Source: Woeseiaceae bacterium (GTDB taxonomy: Bacteria; Pseudomonadota; Gammaproteobacteria; Steroidobacterales; Woeseiaceae). From it: DNA of 64,000 bases. Below are positions 1-7,381 of this stretch, in pieces. The first letter of the stretch is position 1; each line of letters begins with the position of its first letter. The DNA is taken from NCBI GenBank assembly GCA_030065915.1, contig JASJCQ010000018.1, positions 4,419 through 68,418 on the forward strand, read 5' to 3'. The notes under the pieces are model-generated. The model had not been told where the DNA came from. It did not search any database and saw only the letters and a program-made list of their open reading frames with translations. A program made the translations under genes and the position numbers.

Positions 1-558
1 GTAGACGATGCCGGTCTGAGCTTTGTCGACGTCGTAGTCGCACTTTTGCAAGAGCTTCTGGATGATGTTCTCAACATCCTCGCCAACGTAGCCCGCCTCG
101 GTGAGCGTCGTCGCGTCGGCGATCGTAAAAGGTACGTTCAACAGACGGGCCAGGGTCTCCGCGAGCAGCGTCTTGCCGCAACCGGTCGGACCGATAAGCA
201 GGATGTTGCTCTTTGCGAGCTCGATATCGTCTTTGGACGATTCTTTGAGGCGATCGTGCAGACGCTTGTAGTGATTGTAGACTGCTACCGACAGCACCTT
301 CTTGGCGCGTGCCTGACCGATGACGTATTCGTTGAGGACTTCATTGATTTCATGAGGTTTTGGCAGGCTGTCACGACCCGGCTCCGTCGTATCCTCCAGC
401 TCCTCGCGGATGATGTCATTGCACAGTTCGACGCACTCGTCGCAGATGAAGACGGAGGGGCCCGCAATCAACTTGCGAACTTCATGCTGGCTCTTGCCGC
501 AGAAAGAACAGTACAGGAGTTTTCCGTCCTCGCTCTTGCCGCGCGAGTCATCACTCAT
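1..558 (-). CDS. clpX: ATP-dependent Clp protease ATP-binding subunit ClpX (N-terminal 186 codons; gene runs past window start)
   Basis: The reverse complement from 558 reads [46 protein letters not shown] (ClpX C4 zinc ribbon), then [10 protein letters not shown] (Walker A). Order is tig-clpP-clpX. It is absent from the ORF track because it has no stop in the window; + ORF 46..567 is its antisense shadow. Confidence 0.93.
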   Translation of the reverse strand, partial: MSDDSRGKSEDGKLLYCSFCGKSQHEVRKLIAGPSVFICDECVELCNDIIREELEDTTEPGRDSLPKPHEINEVLNEYVIGQARAKKVLSVAVYNHYKRLHDRLKESSKDDIELAKSNILLIGPTGCGKTLLAETLARLLNVPFTIADATTLTEAGYVGEDVENIIQKLLQKCDYDVDKAQTGIVY

Positions 559-695
559 AAAATCTAGCCTCTATTGCTAAAAGCGGCCGCCAGGCAGCCG
601 TACCCGAGTGTATAACATGCGTCCCTGACACATGCAAAGCGACTGGTCTCATAACGCCGGGGTATGAGAATAAGATTCTGATAAATAAAGGTTTA

Positions 696-1316
696 TCAGG
701 CCTCTTCAGGCTGCATTTCAGTGCGTTCAGCCAGTACGGTGTCTATGATGCCGTACTCGACAGCGGCATCTGCACTCATGAAGTTGTCACGTTCCAGGTC
801 GCGTTCCACGGTCTCAACCGTCTGGCCTGTGTGTTTGGACATAATTTCATTGAGACGCCGCTTCATCTCGAGCACCTCGTTTGCGTGGATCGAGATGTCC
901 GTCACCTGGCCCTGGTAGCCCGCACTGGGCTGGTGGACCATGATCCGTGAATGGGGAAGCGCGAAGCGCTTTTCCTTCTTGCCACCCGCGAGCAACAGCG
1001 CACCCATGCTGGCCGCCTGGCCGACACAGATCGTGCTGACGTCGCTCTTGATGAACTGCATCGTGTCGTAAATCGACAGGCCCGAAGTGACCGACCCGCC
1101 CGGCGAGTTGATGTACAGGTGAATGTCCTTGTCCGGATTCTCCGATTCGAGGAACAACAGCTGAGCAACGACCAGGTTAGCCATCTGGTCCTCGACCGGA
1201 CCCACGATGAACACGACGCGCTCTTTCAGCAGCCGGGAGTAGATGTCGTAGGAGCGCTCGCCCCTGGCGGTCTGCTCGACGACCATTGGTACGAGGTTTA
1301 AAGCGGTCTCATTCAT
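696..1316 (-). CDS. clpP: ATP-dependent Clp protease proteolytic subunit ClpP
   Basis: 206 aa. Carries ClpP signatures [20 protein letters not shown] and [14 protein letters not shown]. Lies between tig and clpX. Confidence 0.96.
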   Translation of the reverse strand: MNETALNLVPMVVEQTARGERSYDIYSRLLKERVVFIVGPVEDQMANLVVAQLLFLESENPDKDIHLYINSPGGSVTSGLSIYDTMQFIKSDVSTICVGQAASMGALLLAGGKKEKRFALPHSRIMVHQPSAGYQGQVTDISIHANEVLEMKRRLNEIMSKHTGQTVETVERDLERDNFMSADAAVEYGIIDTVLAERTEMQPEEA

Positions 1317-1370
1317 TAGCTATGCCCTGTGCGAAAAAGCGAAATCGTAGTGTCGCATGAAATCCGACAA

Positions 1371-2660
1371 TCATGAATCCATGAAGTCGGTGAAGCTTAC
1401 TTTCTTGGTCTTGACCTTGGCATTTTCAAGCACCCAGTCGAATGCCAGCTGCTCCAGGACGACCGGCTCGAGCTGCTGCTTCAGTTGCGGGTTGTTCATG
1501 TACAGGTCGACCATATCCTGGGGATTCTCGTAACTCGCCACCATCTCGGTGATGTGGTCCCGCAGCATCCCCTCGTCGGCCGTGAACTCCTGGTCTGCGA
1601 TGATCTGGCGTACGAGCAATCCCAGGCGGACACGCTTCTCAGCCGTATCAGCGAAGTTCTCGGCCGGCGGCGCTTCGCTATGGTCTTCGATCCCCAGCTG
1701 GCGCATGGCCTCATGCTGCATCGAGTGAATCTCGTTGTGCTTCATGACCTGGGGAATCTCGATCGGGTTGGTCTCGAGCAGACCCGACGTGATCTGGTCG
1801 CGAATAACGTTCTTTGCACGCTGCGCCGCCTCCCGCTCCATGTTGTCCCGAACGTCCTGCTTGAATTTCTCGATACCGCCCTCTTCCACTCCGAAGGACT
1901 CCGCCAGGGCGTCATCGACGGCCGGCAGCGTCTGCTCTTCGACTCGGTGCGTCTGGATCGTGAAATTCACCGTCTTTCCTTGCAGATCTGCCGCATGGTA
2001 GTCGTTCGGAAACTTGACCTTGAAGGTCTTCTCGTCGCCCGCCTTGATGCCGACCAATGCCTTCTCGAAGTCCGGCAGCATCTGGCCCTCGCCGAGCACA
2101 ATCGAAACGTCTTTACCCTGGCCGCCTTCGATCAGTTCGCCATCCAGCTCGCCTGAAAAATCAACGACGACCTTGTCATCGGACTTACTCTTGCGATCGA
2201 CCTCAGCCCAGTCGGCCTTCTGTTTCTGCAGCTTGAGGATCATCTCGTCGAGGTCCTTGTCATCGATCGTTACGTCAGGCTTTTCGACCTTGACCTTGTC
2301 GAGACTCTTGAGCTCGACGTCCGGCAGCACCTCGAGCTTGGCGACGAACGCGAAACCGTTGTCGCTCAGGTCCTCTTCCTGCTCAATCCTCGGGTTTCCG
2401 GCCGGGTTCAGCTTCTCCTGGACCACAGCTTCGGAGTAGCTCTTCTGCATCATGTCCGCGAGAACTTCCTGTCGTACCTGTTTTCCGTAGCGCTGACGAA
2501 CGACTTTCGCCGGTACCTTGCCGGGGCGAAACCCCTTGATCTTGGCCGTTCGACCAAACGACTTCAGCCGAGTATCAACTTCCGACTCGATCTGGTCGGC
2601 GGGAAGCTCGATTCGTACACGCCGTTCCAGCGTGCTGGTCGATTCAACGGTGACTTGCAT
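1371..2660 (-). CDS. tig: trigger factor
   Basis: 429 aa. Has the N-terminal ribosome-binding motif GFRPGKVP and a central FKBP-like region. Canonical position upstream of clpP-clpX. Confidence 0.95.
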   Translation of the reverse strand: MQVTVESTSTLERRVRIELPADQIESEVDTRLKSFGRTAKIKGFRPGKVPAKVVRQRYGKQVRQEVLADMMQKSYSEAVVQEKLNPAGNPRIEQEEDLSDNGFAFVAKLEVLPDVELKSLDKVKVEKPDVTIDDKDLDEMILKLQKQKADWAEVDRKSKSDDKVVVDFSGELDGELIEGGQGKDVSIVLGEGQMLPDFEKALVGIKAGDEKTFKVKFPNDYHAADLQGKTVNFTIQTHRVEEQTLPAVDDALAESFGVEEGGIEKFKQDVRDNMEREAAQRAKNVIRDQITSGLLETNPIEIPQVMKHNEIHSMQHEAMRQLGIEDHSEAPPAENFADTAEKRVRLGLLVRQIIADQEFTADEGMLRDHITEMVASYENPQDMVDLYMNNPQLKQQLEPVVLEQLAFDWVLENAKVKTKKVSFTDFMDS

Positions 2661-2804
2661 TTTTTGTGGTCCTGTTTGGAATAGGTTTGGTTCAAAAGAG
2701 CGGCTTGGGCCGCATCAATTCATGTTTGTTAGTTGATTAACGCTGTGTAGCTTCTTCTCGAAAGACCGCGTCGAGGTGAACTTTGAGCGTCTCAGGCTGA
2801 AACC

Positions 2805-3052
2805 CAGATTCTTTCGGCTTTCTGGACCGATAGAAAAACGCGACTCAGCATAATGTTTGAGATTAACTTCTATTCTTTTCCGTCTCCGTGGCCGATAGAA
2901 ATACTCGCCTCGGCATTAGGTTGGGCTTAACCTATATTCTCTTCTGGCCCCGCCACCCCGATGGAGGGCGCGGCGTAGCGTTAAGAGATAAACCTCTATA
3001 CTTTTCTGGCTCCGCGAGCAGTGAAAGCAAGTCAGCGCCATATGATGGTCGG
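2805..3052. repeat. four degenerate tandem copies of a 62-bp unit
   Basis: The core AAC(C/T)T(A/C)TAT(T/A)CT(C/T)TTC(T/C)GG recurs at about 2867, 2929 and 2991, with a weaker copy (cagattctttcggctttctgg) near 2805. Spacing is 62 bp each time. Copies 1 and 2 also share ccgatagaaa. Confidence 0.6.
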
Positions 3053-3076
3053 TGTCTCTACGTTCGCGGTTTCCGT

Positions 3077-3107
3077 GTGCCGTTTTCTTGTTTCGGCACA
3101 ATTTTTT
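3077..3107 (+). terminator. intrinsic terminator-like hairpin oriented for the plus strand (no upstream plus-strand gene)
   Basis: gtgccg-ttttcttgttt-cggcac is followed by aattttttg. On the minus strand (tRNA-Leu sense) the hairpin has no U-run after it. Confidence 0.5.
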
Positions 3108-3110
3108 GCT

Positions 3111-3195
<85 letters not shown>

Positions 3196-3255
3196 TCGCC
3201 CAGTTATTAAGGACGCCGATTCCGGCAGAAATTCTGCCACCCGGATCAGCCGGGC

Positions 3256-3285
3256 ATTATAACCCAATGAATTTGCACCTGTCTC
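3256..3285 (-). promoter_or_regulatory. candidate sigma70 promoter for tRNA-Leu
   Basis: The minus strand reads GAGACA-N18-TATAAT (perfect -10), about 60 nt upstream of the tRNA 5' end. The -35 is only 4/6 and the spacer is long. Confidence 0.35.
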
Positions 3286-3445
3286 CAGCGATACCGGGAC
3301 CGTCGGGGACTGGAACAGGGTTTAGCGATGACCGCAGGAAACCCCGTTTGGACTGCTTCTTTGCTACAGTCAGGAACGTTGGAGTCCAGAACCGGTCTAT
3401 ATAGATGGGGTTAAACGCCAAGACTTTACGAGGGGGTGTAAAGCT

Positions 3446-3763
3446 ATGATTCGCCGCTTGATTACTCTGTTCGCCATCGCACTCACGGCAGGCTGTGCGT
3501 CGACTCAGTCGAAGATAGAGACGGAGTTCGCAACGCTCGAAGGCATGACCTGCGGTAACCTCGACGCCGAGATCATCCTGGCAGAGACTCGCTACCGCAT
3601 CGAGGCAATCCGCACCGCCCAGCTGGCACAGGGCTGTGAAATCAAGCCCTTGCCGCCGCAGAAACTCGCCAAAAAGAGCAAGCGCGTTGAGCCGCCACAC
3701 TGGAAGCTGGATCGGGCGGCAGTCGGGGCCGACAGGGCTCGACAGGCGCTGGATCGACGCTAG
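3446..3763 (+). CDS. small hypothetical lipoprotein
   Basis: 105 aa. The signal peptide ends in the lipobox LTAGC. GAGGGGG lies 8 nt upstream of the ATG. I recognise no family. Confidence 0.55.
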   Translation: MIRRLITLFAIALTAGCASTQSKIETEFATLEGMTCGNLDAEIILAETRYRIEAIRTAQLAQGCEIKPLPPQKLAKKSKRVEPPHWKLDRAAVGADRARQALDRR

Positions 3764-3786
3764 ATACGCGGATTCGCTAGAGAAAA

Positions 3787-3862
3787 TGGTGGGCCCCCGG
3801 GGACTCGAACCCCGGACCAAGAGATTAAGAGTCTCCTGCTCTACCAACTGAGCTAGAGGCCC
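3787..3862 (-). tRNA. tRNA-Lys (anticodon CTT)
   Basis: The reverse complement is GGGCCTCTAGCTCAGTTGGTAGAGCAGGAGACTCTTAATCTCTTGGTCCGGGGTTCGAGTCCCCGGGGGCCCACCA. It folds as a cloverleaf with anticodon loop CTCTTAA. CCA is encoded. Confidence 0.92.
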
Positions 3863-4223
3863 ACACCTTTTGGAATTTTCTCATCACTTGGCGGGTACGT
3901 CGAGTCTTGTCGAGTCTTGGATCAATAACCGCCCGAAGGTTCGTCCAGTTCGCCAGGAAACCCGACTGTGGGGGCTTCTTACCACTATGGGGAATTCCGA
4001 AGCCTATATTCAGGAATCACTGGATTGTGGGGATTTGCACTCACATTGCATTATTTCGACATCAGGGATTATCACAGCAGTGATTTAGGGAGCAGTCATC
4101 GCTAAATTCGAAACAAGTTATTTCACGCCCTCTCCGGCCACTGACGCGTCATCGCTGTTTGCGGATGACACGCACAATGAAACGGTCGATCTCGAGGAGC
4201 CGCGTTCGCTGTCACTGAGCGAG

Positions 4224-4562
4224 ATGTCCGTCACCAATGTGGCATGTCTGCTGCTCGAACGCATGGCCAACAAGTTCGGCGGCGACTGTACGTTGAACGA
4301 GCTGCGCGTCATGAATGCCGTATCGGTGCATTCTTTCTCGGACGGCGCCTGCAGCCCGACAATGCTGTCACGCGAAACGGGCATTCCGAAGTCGACGGTC
4401 AGCCGATCACTGGCAAGCCTGGTCAGTAAAGGCTGGCTCGTGGAAGAGAAGGACACCAAGGACCGCCGCCGTCGCATTATCGAACTGTCCGACGCTGCAA
4501 AATCACAGCGTTCCGAAGATCTTCAGGCGATTTTCAACTGGATCAATAAGTCCGGTCACTAG
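4224..4562 (+). CDS. short MarR-like winged-helix transcriptional regulator
   Basis: 112 aa. LSRETGIPKSTVSRSLASLVSKGWLVEEKDTKDRRRRIIELS matches the MarR HTH-wing pattern. An in-frame stop at 4086 and no ATG/GTG/TTG before 4224 fix the start. It is shorter than typical MarR proteins. Confidence 0.7.
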   Translation: MSVTNVACLLLERMANKFGGDCTLNELRVMNAVSVHSFSDGACSPTMLSRETGIPKSTVSRSLASLVSKGWLVEEKDTKDRRRRIIELSDAAKSQRSEDLQAIFNWINKSGH

Positions 4563-4595
4563 TCACCGGCGCCAGGTTATTCCCGATCTAGCTTG

Positions 4596-4627
4596 AAGGC
4601 GTGTCGCCCTTTGACACGCCTTTTTTT
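4596..4627 (+). terminator. rho-independent terminator after the MarR-like gene
   Basis: ggcgtgtc-gcccttt-gacacgcc is followed by ttttttt. Confidence 0.85.
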
Positions 4628-4671
4628 CGCTTGTCTCTATTGGAATTCAGGCCGCGAAATCGATGCGGCTT

Positions 4672-4703
4672 CTTCGAAAACAAGCCAGTGGCGAATGCCA
4701 CTT
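4672..4703 (-). terminator. candidate terminator closing the Pro-Arg-His tRNA operon trailer
   Basis: The minus strand reads AGTGGC-ATTC-GCCACT followed by GGCTTGTTTTCG. The stem is short and the U-run is interrupted. Confidence 0.4.
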
Positions 4704-4774
4704 TAACGGCGACTAGAGCTTAATCCCAGCCAATCAAAATCCAGATACCCGACATGTCCGGAGATTAAGAAATA

Positions 4775-4861
4775 GACGATGGGACTCGAACCCTAGTCCG
4801 GGATTGAGGCTATCAGTCCGCTACCTATTCGACCGATAAGTCGTGACCGACCGGGATCACA
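4775..4861 (-). repeat. tRNA-His 3'-half-derived module X1 (not a functional tRNA)
   Basis: Shares gacgatgggactcgaaccc (T arm/acceptor 3' strand) and accgggatcaca (anticodon stem/loop) with the real tRNA-His at 5332..5408. The two parts are separated by a ~54-nt insertion. It lacks the acceptor end and CCA. Confidence 0.8.
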
Positions 4862-4869
4862 TTAAACAA

Positions 4870-4953
4870 GGAATCACGGTCGTCCTGCTCCTGAGATCGG
4901 CGGCTGGTCCAAAGTGGTAGCTAAGGGCTAATCACTAAAGATCGATTCTCACC
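4870..4953 (-). repeat. ~85-nt module Y1 (candidate structured RNA / degenerate tRNA-His 5' half)
   Basis: Near-identical to 5055..5142. The minus strand starts GGTGAGA (compare GGTGGGC of tRNA-His) and contains the D-arm-like TTAGCT..TTGG..AGC. Confidence 0.7.
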
Positions 4954-5054
4954 CAATCCGCCCGCGGACCGTGTACGAGCGAACCGGATGGGTGCGGATT
5001 GATCTTGAGTGCGGGATGTCTAGAGAGGCCTGGCCTTGTCCAGCCTGATAGAAA

Positions 5055-5142
5055 GGAATCGATCCCGGTCGCCCTGCTCCTGAGATCGGCGGCTGGTCCA
5101 AGGTGGTAGCTAAGGGCTAATCACTAAAGATCAATTCTCACC
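5055..5142 (-). repeat. ~88-nt module Y2
   Basis: Direct repeat of Y1 with a few substitutions and a 4-nt indel. Its ends GAATTGATC / GATCGATTC can pair over 9 bp (one G-U). Confidence 0.7.
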
Positions 5143-5177
5143 GGACCTCACCTCACGATTGAATAAGGTGGGAGAAT

Positions 5178-5271
5178 TGGGGTGGACGATGGGACTCGAA
5201 CCCTAGTCCGGGATTGAGGCTATCAGTCCGTTACCTCTTCGACCGATAAGTCGTGACCGACCGGGATCACA
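5178..5271 (-). repeat. tRNA-His 3'-half-derived module X2 (not a functional tRNA)
   Basis: Only 2 mismatches to X1 over the shared part. It retains the full 3' end CGTCCACCCCAATT, as in the real gene. The same ~54-nt insertion replaces TCGT of the variable region. Confidence 0.8.
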
Positions 5272-5331
5272 TCAAACAATCGATCCCGGTCGTCCCCGAT
5301 CGAAACTGATGCACACGAAACAAAGAAAAAT

Positions 5332-5408
5332 TGGGGTGGACGATGGGACTCGAACCCACGACGACCGGGATCACAACCCGGGGCTCTACCAACTGAGCTA
5401 CGCCCACC
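5332..5408 (-). tRNA. tRNA-His (anticodon GTG)
   Basis: The reverse complement is GGTGGGCGTAGCTCAGTTGGTAGAGCCCCGGGTTGTGATCCCGGTCGTCGTGGGTTCGAGTCCCATCGTCCACCCCA. It has the extra 5' G(-1) paired to discriminator C that is typical of tRNA-His. Confidence 0.94.
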
Positions 5409-5467
5409 ACAGACGGCAAGGAATTGCCGATAGGATGACTAACCAAATTCTAACGCCAAAACGCGTC

Positions 5468-5544
5468 TGGCGCGCCCGGCAGGACTCGAACCTGCAACCC
5501 TCGGCTTAGAAGGCCGATGCTCTATCCAGTTGAGCTACGGGCGC
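5468..5544 (-). tRNA. tRNA-Arg (anticodon TCT)
   Basis: The reverse complement is GCGCCCGTAGCTCAACTGGATAGAGCATCGGCCTTCTAAGCCGAGGGTTGCAGGTTCGAGTCCTGCCGGGCGCGCCA. The cloverleaf is perfect. Confidence 0.94.
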
Positions 5545-5576
5545 TTTGTGCAAGTTTACTGCCGGTTCGGACACGG

Positions 5577-5653
5577 TGGTCGGGGCAGACGGATTCGAAC
5601 CGCCGACCCTCTGCTCCCAAAGCAGATGCGCTACCAGACTGCGCCATGCCCCG
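5577..5653 (-). tRNA. tRNA-Pro (anticodon TGG)
   Basis: The reverse complement is CGGGGCATGGCGCAGTCTGGTAGCGCATCTGCTTTGGGAGCAGAGGGTCGGCGGTTCGAATCCGTCTGCCCCGACCA. Confidence 0.94.
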
Positions 5654-5706
5654 CTGATCGTGCCAGCCCGCGCATCCGGAAACTGCCCAGATCCAGCGGG
5701 TGGCAG

Positions 5707-5735
5707 ATGATACGGCCGGTGCTGCGGACAGTCAA
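5707..5735 (-). promoter_or_regulatory. candidate sigma70 promoter of the Pro-Arg-His tRNA operon
   Basis: The minus strand reads TTGACT-N17-TATCAT followed by the GC-rich CTGCCACCCGC, about 50 nt upstream of tRNA-Pro. Confidence 0.55.
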
Positions 5736-5895
5736 TTCAACACAGAGACTAAATCCAGAGCCAATAATATGGGCTCACACCCCACGGAATCGGGAAACTG
5801 CGAACGCGCCAGTGAAAGGGCGAGATACAGGCGACCCGCTTTTGCCTCAGGATTGGGTCTGGTATCTTGCCGCGACCACCATCCGGAGACCCGGA

Positions 5896-6480
5896 ATGCT
5901 TCGTTTAGCCTTCTTCATTGCAGCGTTCATCGTTCCCAGCACCGCACTGTCCAAGGACCCGGTTCCTGAGCCGCCGGCCCACCCCTACGTTGAAATCGAT
6001 ACGACGATGGGAAAAATTGTGATTGAGCTGGATGGTAAGGCTGCGCCCTACACTGTCGATCATTTCTTGTCGCTGGTAGACAGCGGCTTCTACGACAACA
6101 CGATCTTTCACCGCGTCAAACCGGAGTTCATGATCCAGGGCGGCGGACATACTCCGGACTTGAAGGCCAAGGAGCGGGACGACTACGTCATTAACGAGTC
6201 AGGCAATGGTCTGAGCAACCTGCGTGGCACGATAGCACTGGCGCGCACGACGAAGCCGCACACCGCCAATGCGCAATTCTTCATCAACGTCGTCGACAAT
6301 GTACGACTGAACGCGGGCAAAGGACGTTGGGGATACACAGTATTCGGCTTCGTTATCGAGGGCATGGAAGTCGTCGATGCGATAGCTGCCGTCGAGACTG
6401 GACCACAGGGTCCCTTCAAGATGGACGTGCCGCGGGTTCCGATCATCATCAAGTCTATGTCCCGTTTCACGTTCGAATAG
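5896..6480 (+). CDS. ppiA: periplasmic peptidyl-prolyl cis-trans isomerase (cyclophilin type)
   Basis: 194 aa from ATG 5896, with GGAG 8 nt upstream. Signal peptide is MLRLAFFIAAFIVPSTALS. Cyclophilin motifs are FHRVKPEFMIQGGG and ANAQFFIN. The longer track ORF (5530) overlaps tRNA genes. Confidence 0.9.
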   Translation: MLRLAFFIAAFIVPSTALSKDPVPEPPAHPYVEIDTTMGKIVIELDGKAAPYTVDHFLSLVDSGFYDNTIFHRVKPEFMIQGGGHTPDLKAKERDDYVINESGNGLSNLRGTIALARTTKPHTANAQFFINVVDNVRLNAGKGRWGYTVFGFVIEGMEVVDAIAAVETGPQGPFKMDVPRVPIIIKSMSRFTFE

Positions 6481-6482
6481 CC

Positions 6483-7214
6483 GTGACGACCCTGTTCATT
6501 TCTGACCTTCACCTCGAGGCTGAGCGCCCGGAGATCGGCGCGCAGTTCATCGAGTTCATGAACAGCGAAGCGACATCGGCCGAGGCCCTTTACATCCTCG
6601 GCGACCTGTTCGAGTCCTGGGTCGGCGACGACGATCCCAATTCGCACTACGCGGACATGAAGCGAGCGATTCGCGGACTCTCGGATTCCGGCGTGCCCGT
6701 TTACTTCATGCATGGCAATCGCGACTTCATGATCGGACAAAAGTTCGCGGAAGATACGGGCGTGACGCTGCTCGACGACCCCTGCCCGGTCGAACTCTAC
6801 GGCCAGTCAGTCCTGTTAGCGCATGGCGATGCGTACTGCACTGACGATGTCGAGTACCAGCAAACGCGGGCAGTCATCAGGAATCCCGAATGGCAGCAGA
6901 TGATGCTCAAGAAGCCACTCGAGGAGCGCCTTGCCATCGCTCGCGCGGTTCGAGCCGAGAGCCAGGCACGAAATGCGCAGCTTGCCGAAGCGATCATGGA
7001 TGTGAATCCGGCGGCCATCATCGACGCCATCCGCACAGCCGGTGTCGACATACTGCTTCATGGCCATACCCACCGACCCGCCGTCCATGACGTTGATCTT
7101 GGCGATCGCGGGGCGAAACGCATCGTCCTCGGCGACTGGTACGAACAGGGCAGCGTCGTACGCTGGGACGAGAACGGCTTCGAACTCTGCGAGATCCCGC
7201 GCGACGGCGGCTAG
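6483..7214 (+). CDS. lpxH: UDP-2,3-diacylglucosamine diphosphatase LpxH
   Basis: GTG start at 6483 gives (M)TTLFISDLHL. Metallophosphoesterase motifs are GDLFESWVGDD, GNRDF and HGHTHRP. The ppi-lpxH pairing matches E. coli. Confidence 0.9.
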   Translation: MTTLFISDLHLEAERPEIGAQFIEFMNSEATSAEALYILGDLFESWVGDDDPNSHYADMKRAIRGLSDSGVPVYFMHGNRDFMIGQKFAEDTGVTLLDDPCPVELYGQSVLLAHGDAYCTDDVEYQQTRAVIRNPEWQQMMLKKPLEERLAIARAVRAESQARNAQLAEAIMDVNPAAIIDAIRTAGVDILLHGHTHRPAVHDVDLGDRGAKRIVLGDWYEQGSVVRWDENGFELCEIPRDGG

Positions 7215-7380
7215 CCCGAATATCTCACCGATTCGTGGGAAAGATCGGCCAGCCCGTTCTCTGCACAGGGGATATTCCGATTGAGCGGAATACCGGGGTG
7301 TATTCCCGATTAAGGAAGAGGTCTTGCGCAGACAAAGGGCTAGCGAGAGCCCGCGCAATCGGTCAGATATTCGGGTTAGT
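7211..7380. repeat. REP/BIME-like palindromic element filling the lpxH-miaE gap
   Basis: The termini ctagcccgaatatctcaccgatt (7211-7233) and aatcggtcagatattcgggttag (7357-7379) are inverted repeats (21/23). Internal related motifs are gatattccgatt and gtattcccgatt, plus a 7-bp hairpin tattccg/cggaata. A third terminal copy lies at 32578. Confidence 0.7.
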
Positions 7381-7381
7381 G

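Noticed and set aside
46-567. 173-aa plus-strand ORF at the window start
   Set aside because: It lies exactly antisense to the clpX N-terminus, and clpX translates with an unmistakable zinc-ribbon and Walker A motif. It is a typical high-GC shadow ORF.
2750-3108. CsrB/RsmZ-type GGA-repeat sRNA
   Set aside because: A repeat-containing tract ending in a terminator suggested it. However, only about three GGA motifs are present and they do not sit in the repeated core.
4775-5271. X1/X2 as additional functional tRNA-His (or intron-containing tRNA) genes
   Set aside because: No 5' acceptor strand GTGGGCG is present. The T-stem 5' strand is changed (CTAGGG instead of CGTGGG, giving mismatches). 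The 54-nt insert sits in the variable region rather than the anticodon loop, where bacterial group I introns occur. X1 lacks the CCA end.
5654-5668. Sigma54-like TGGCACG next to tRNA-Pro
   Set aside because: The -12 position reads GG rather than GC (TGGCACGATCAGCGG), and the motif abuts the mature tRNA 5' end. A good sigma70 promoter lies further upstream.
5530-5895. N-terminal 122 codons of the 316-aa ORF leading into ppiA
   Set aside because: The extension runs across tRNA-Arg and tRNA-Pro on the opposite strand and is Arg/Pro-rich. ATG 5896 has an RBS and gives a proper signal peptide.
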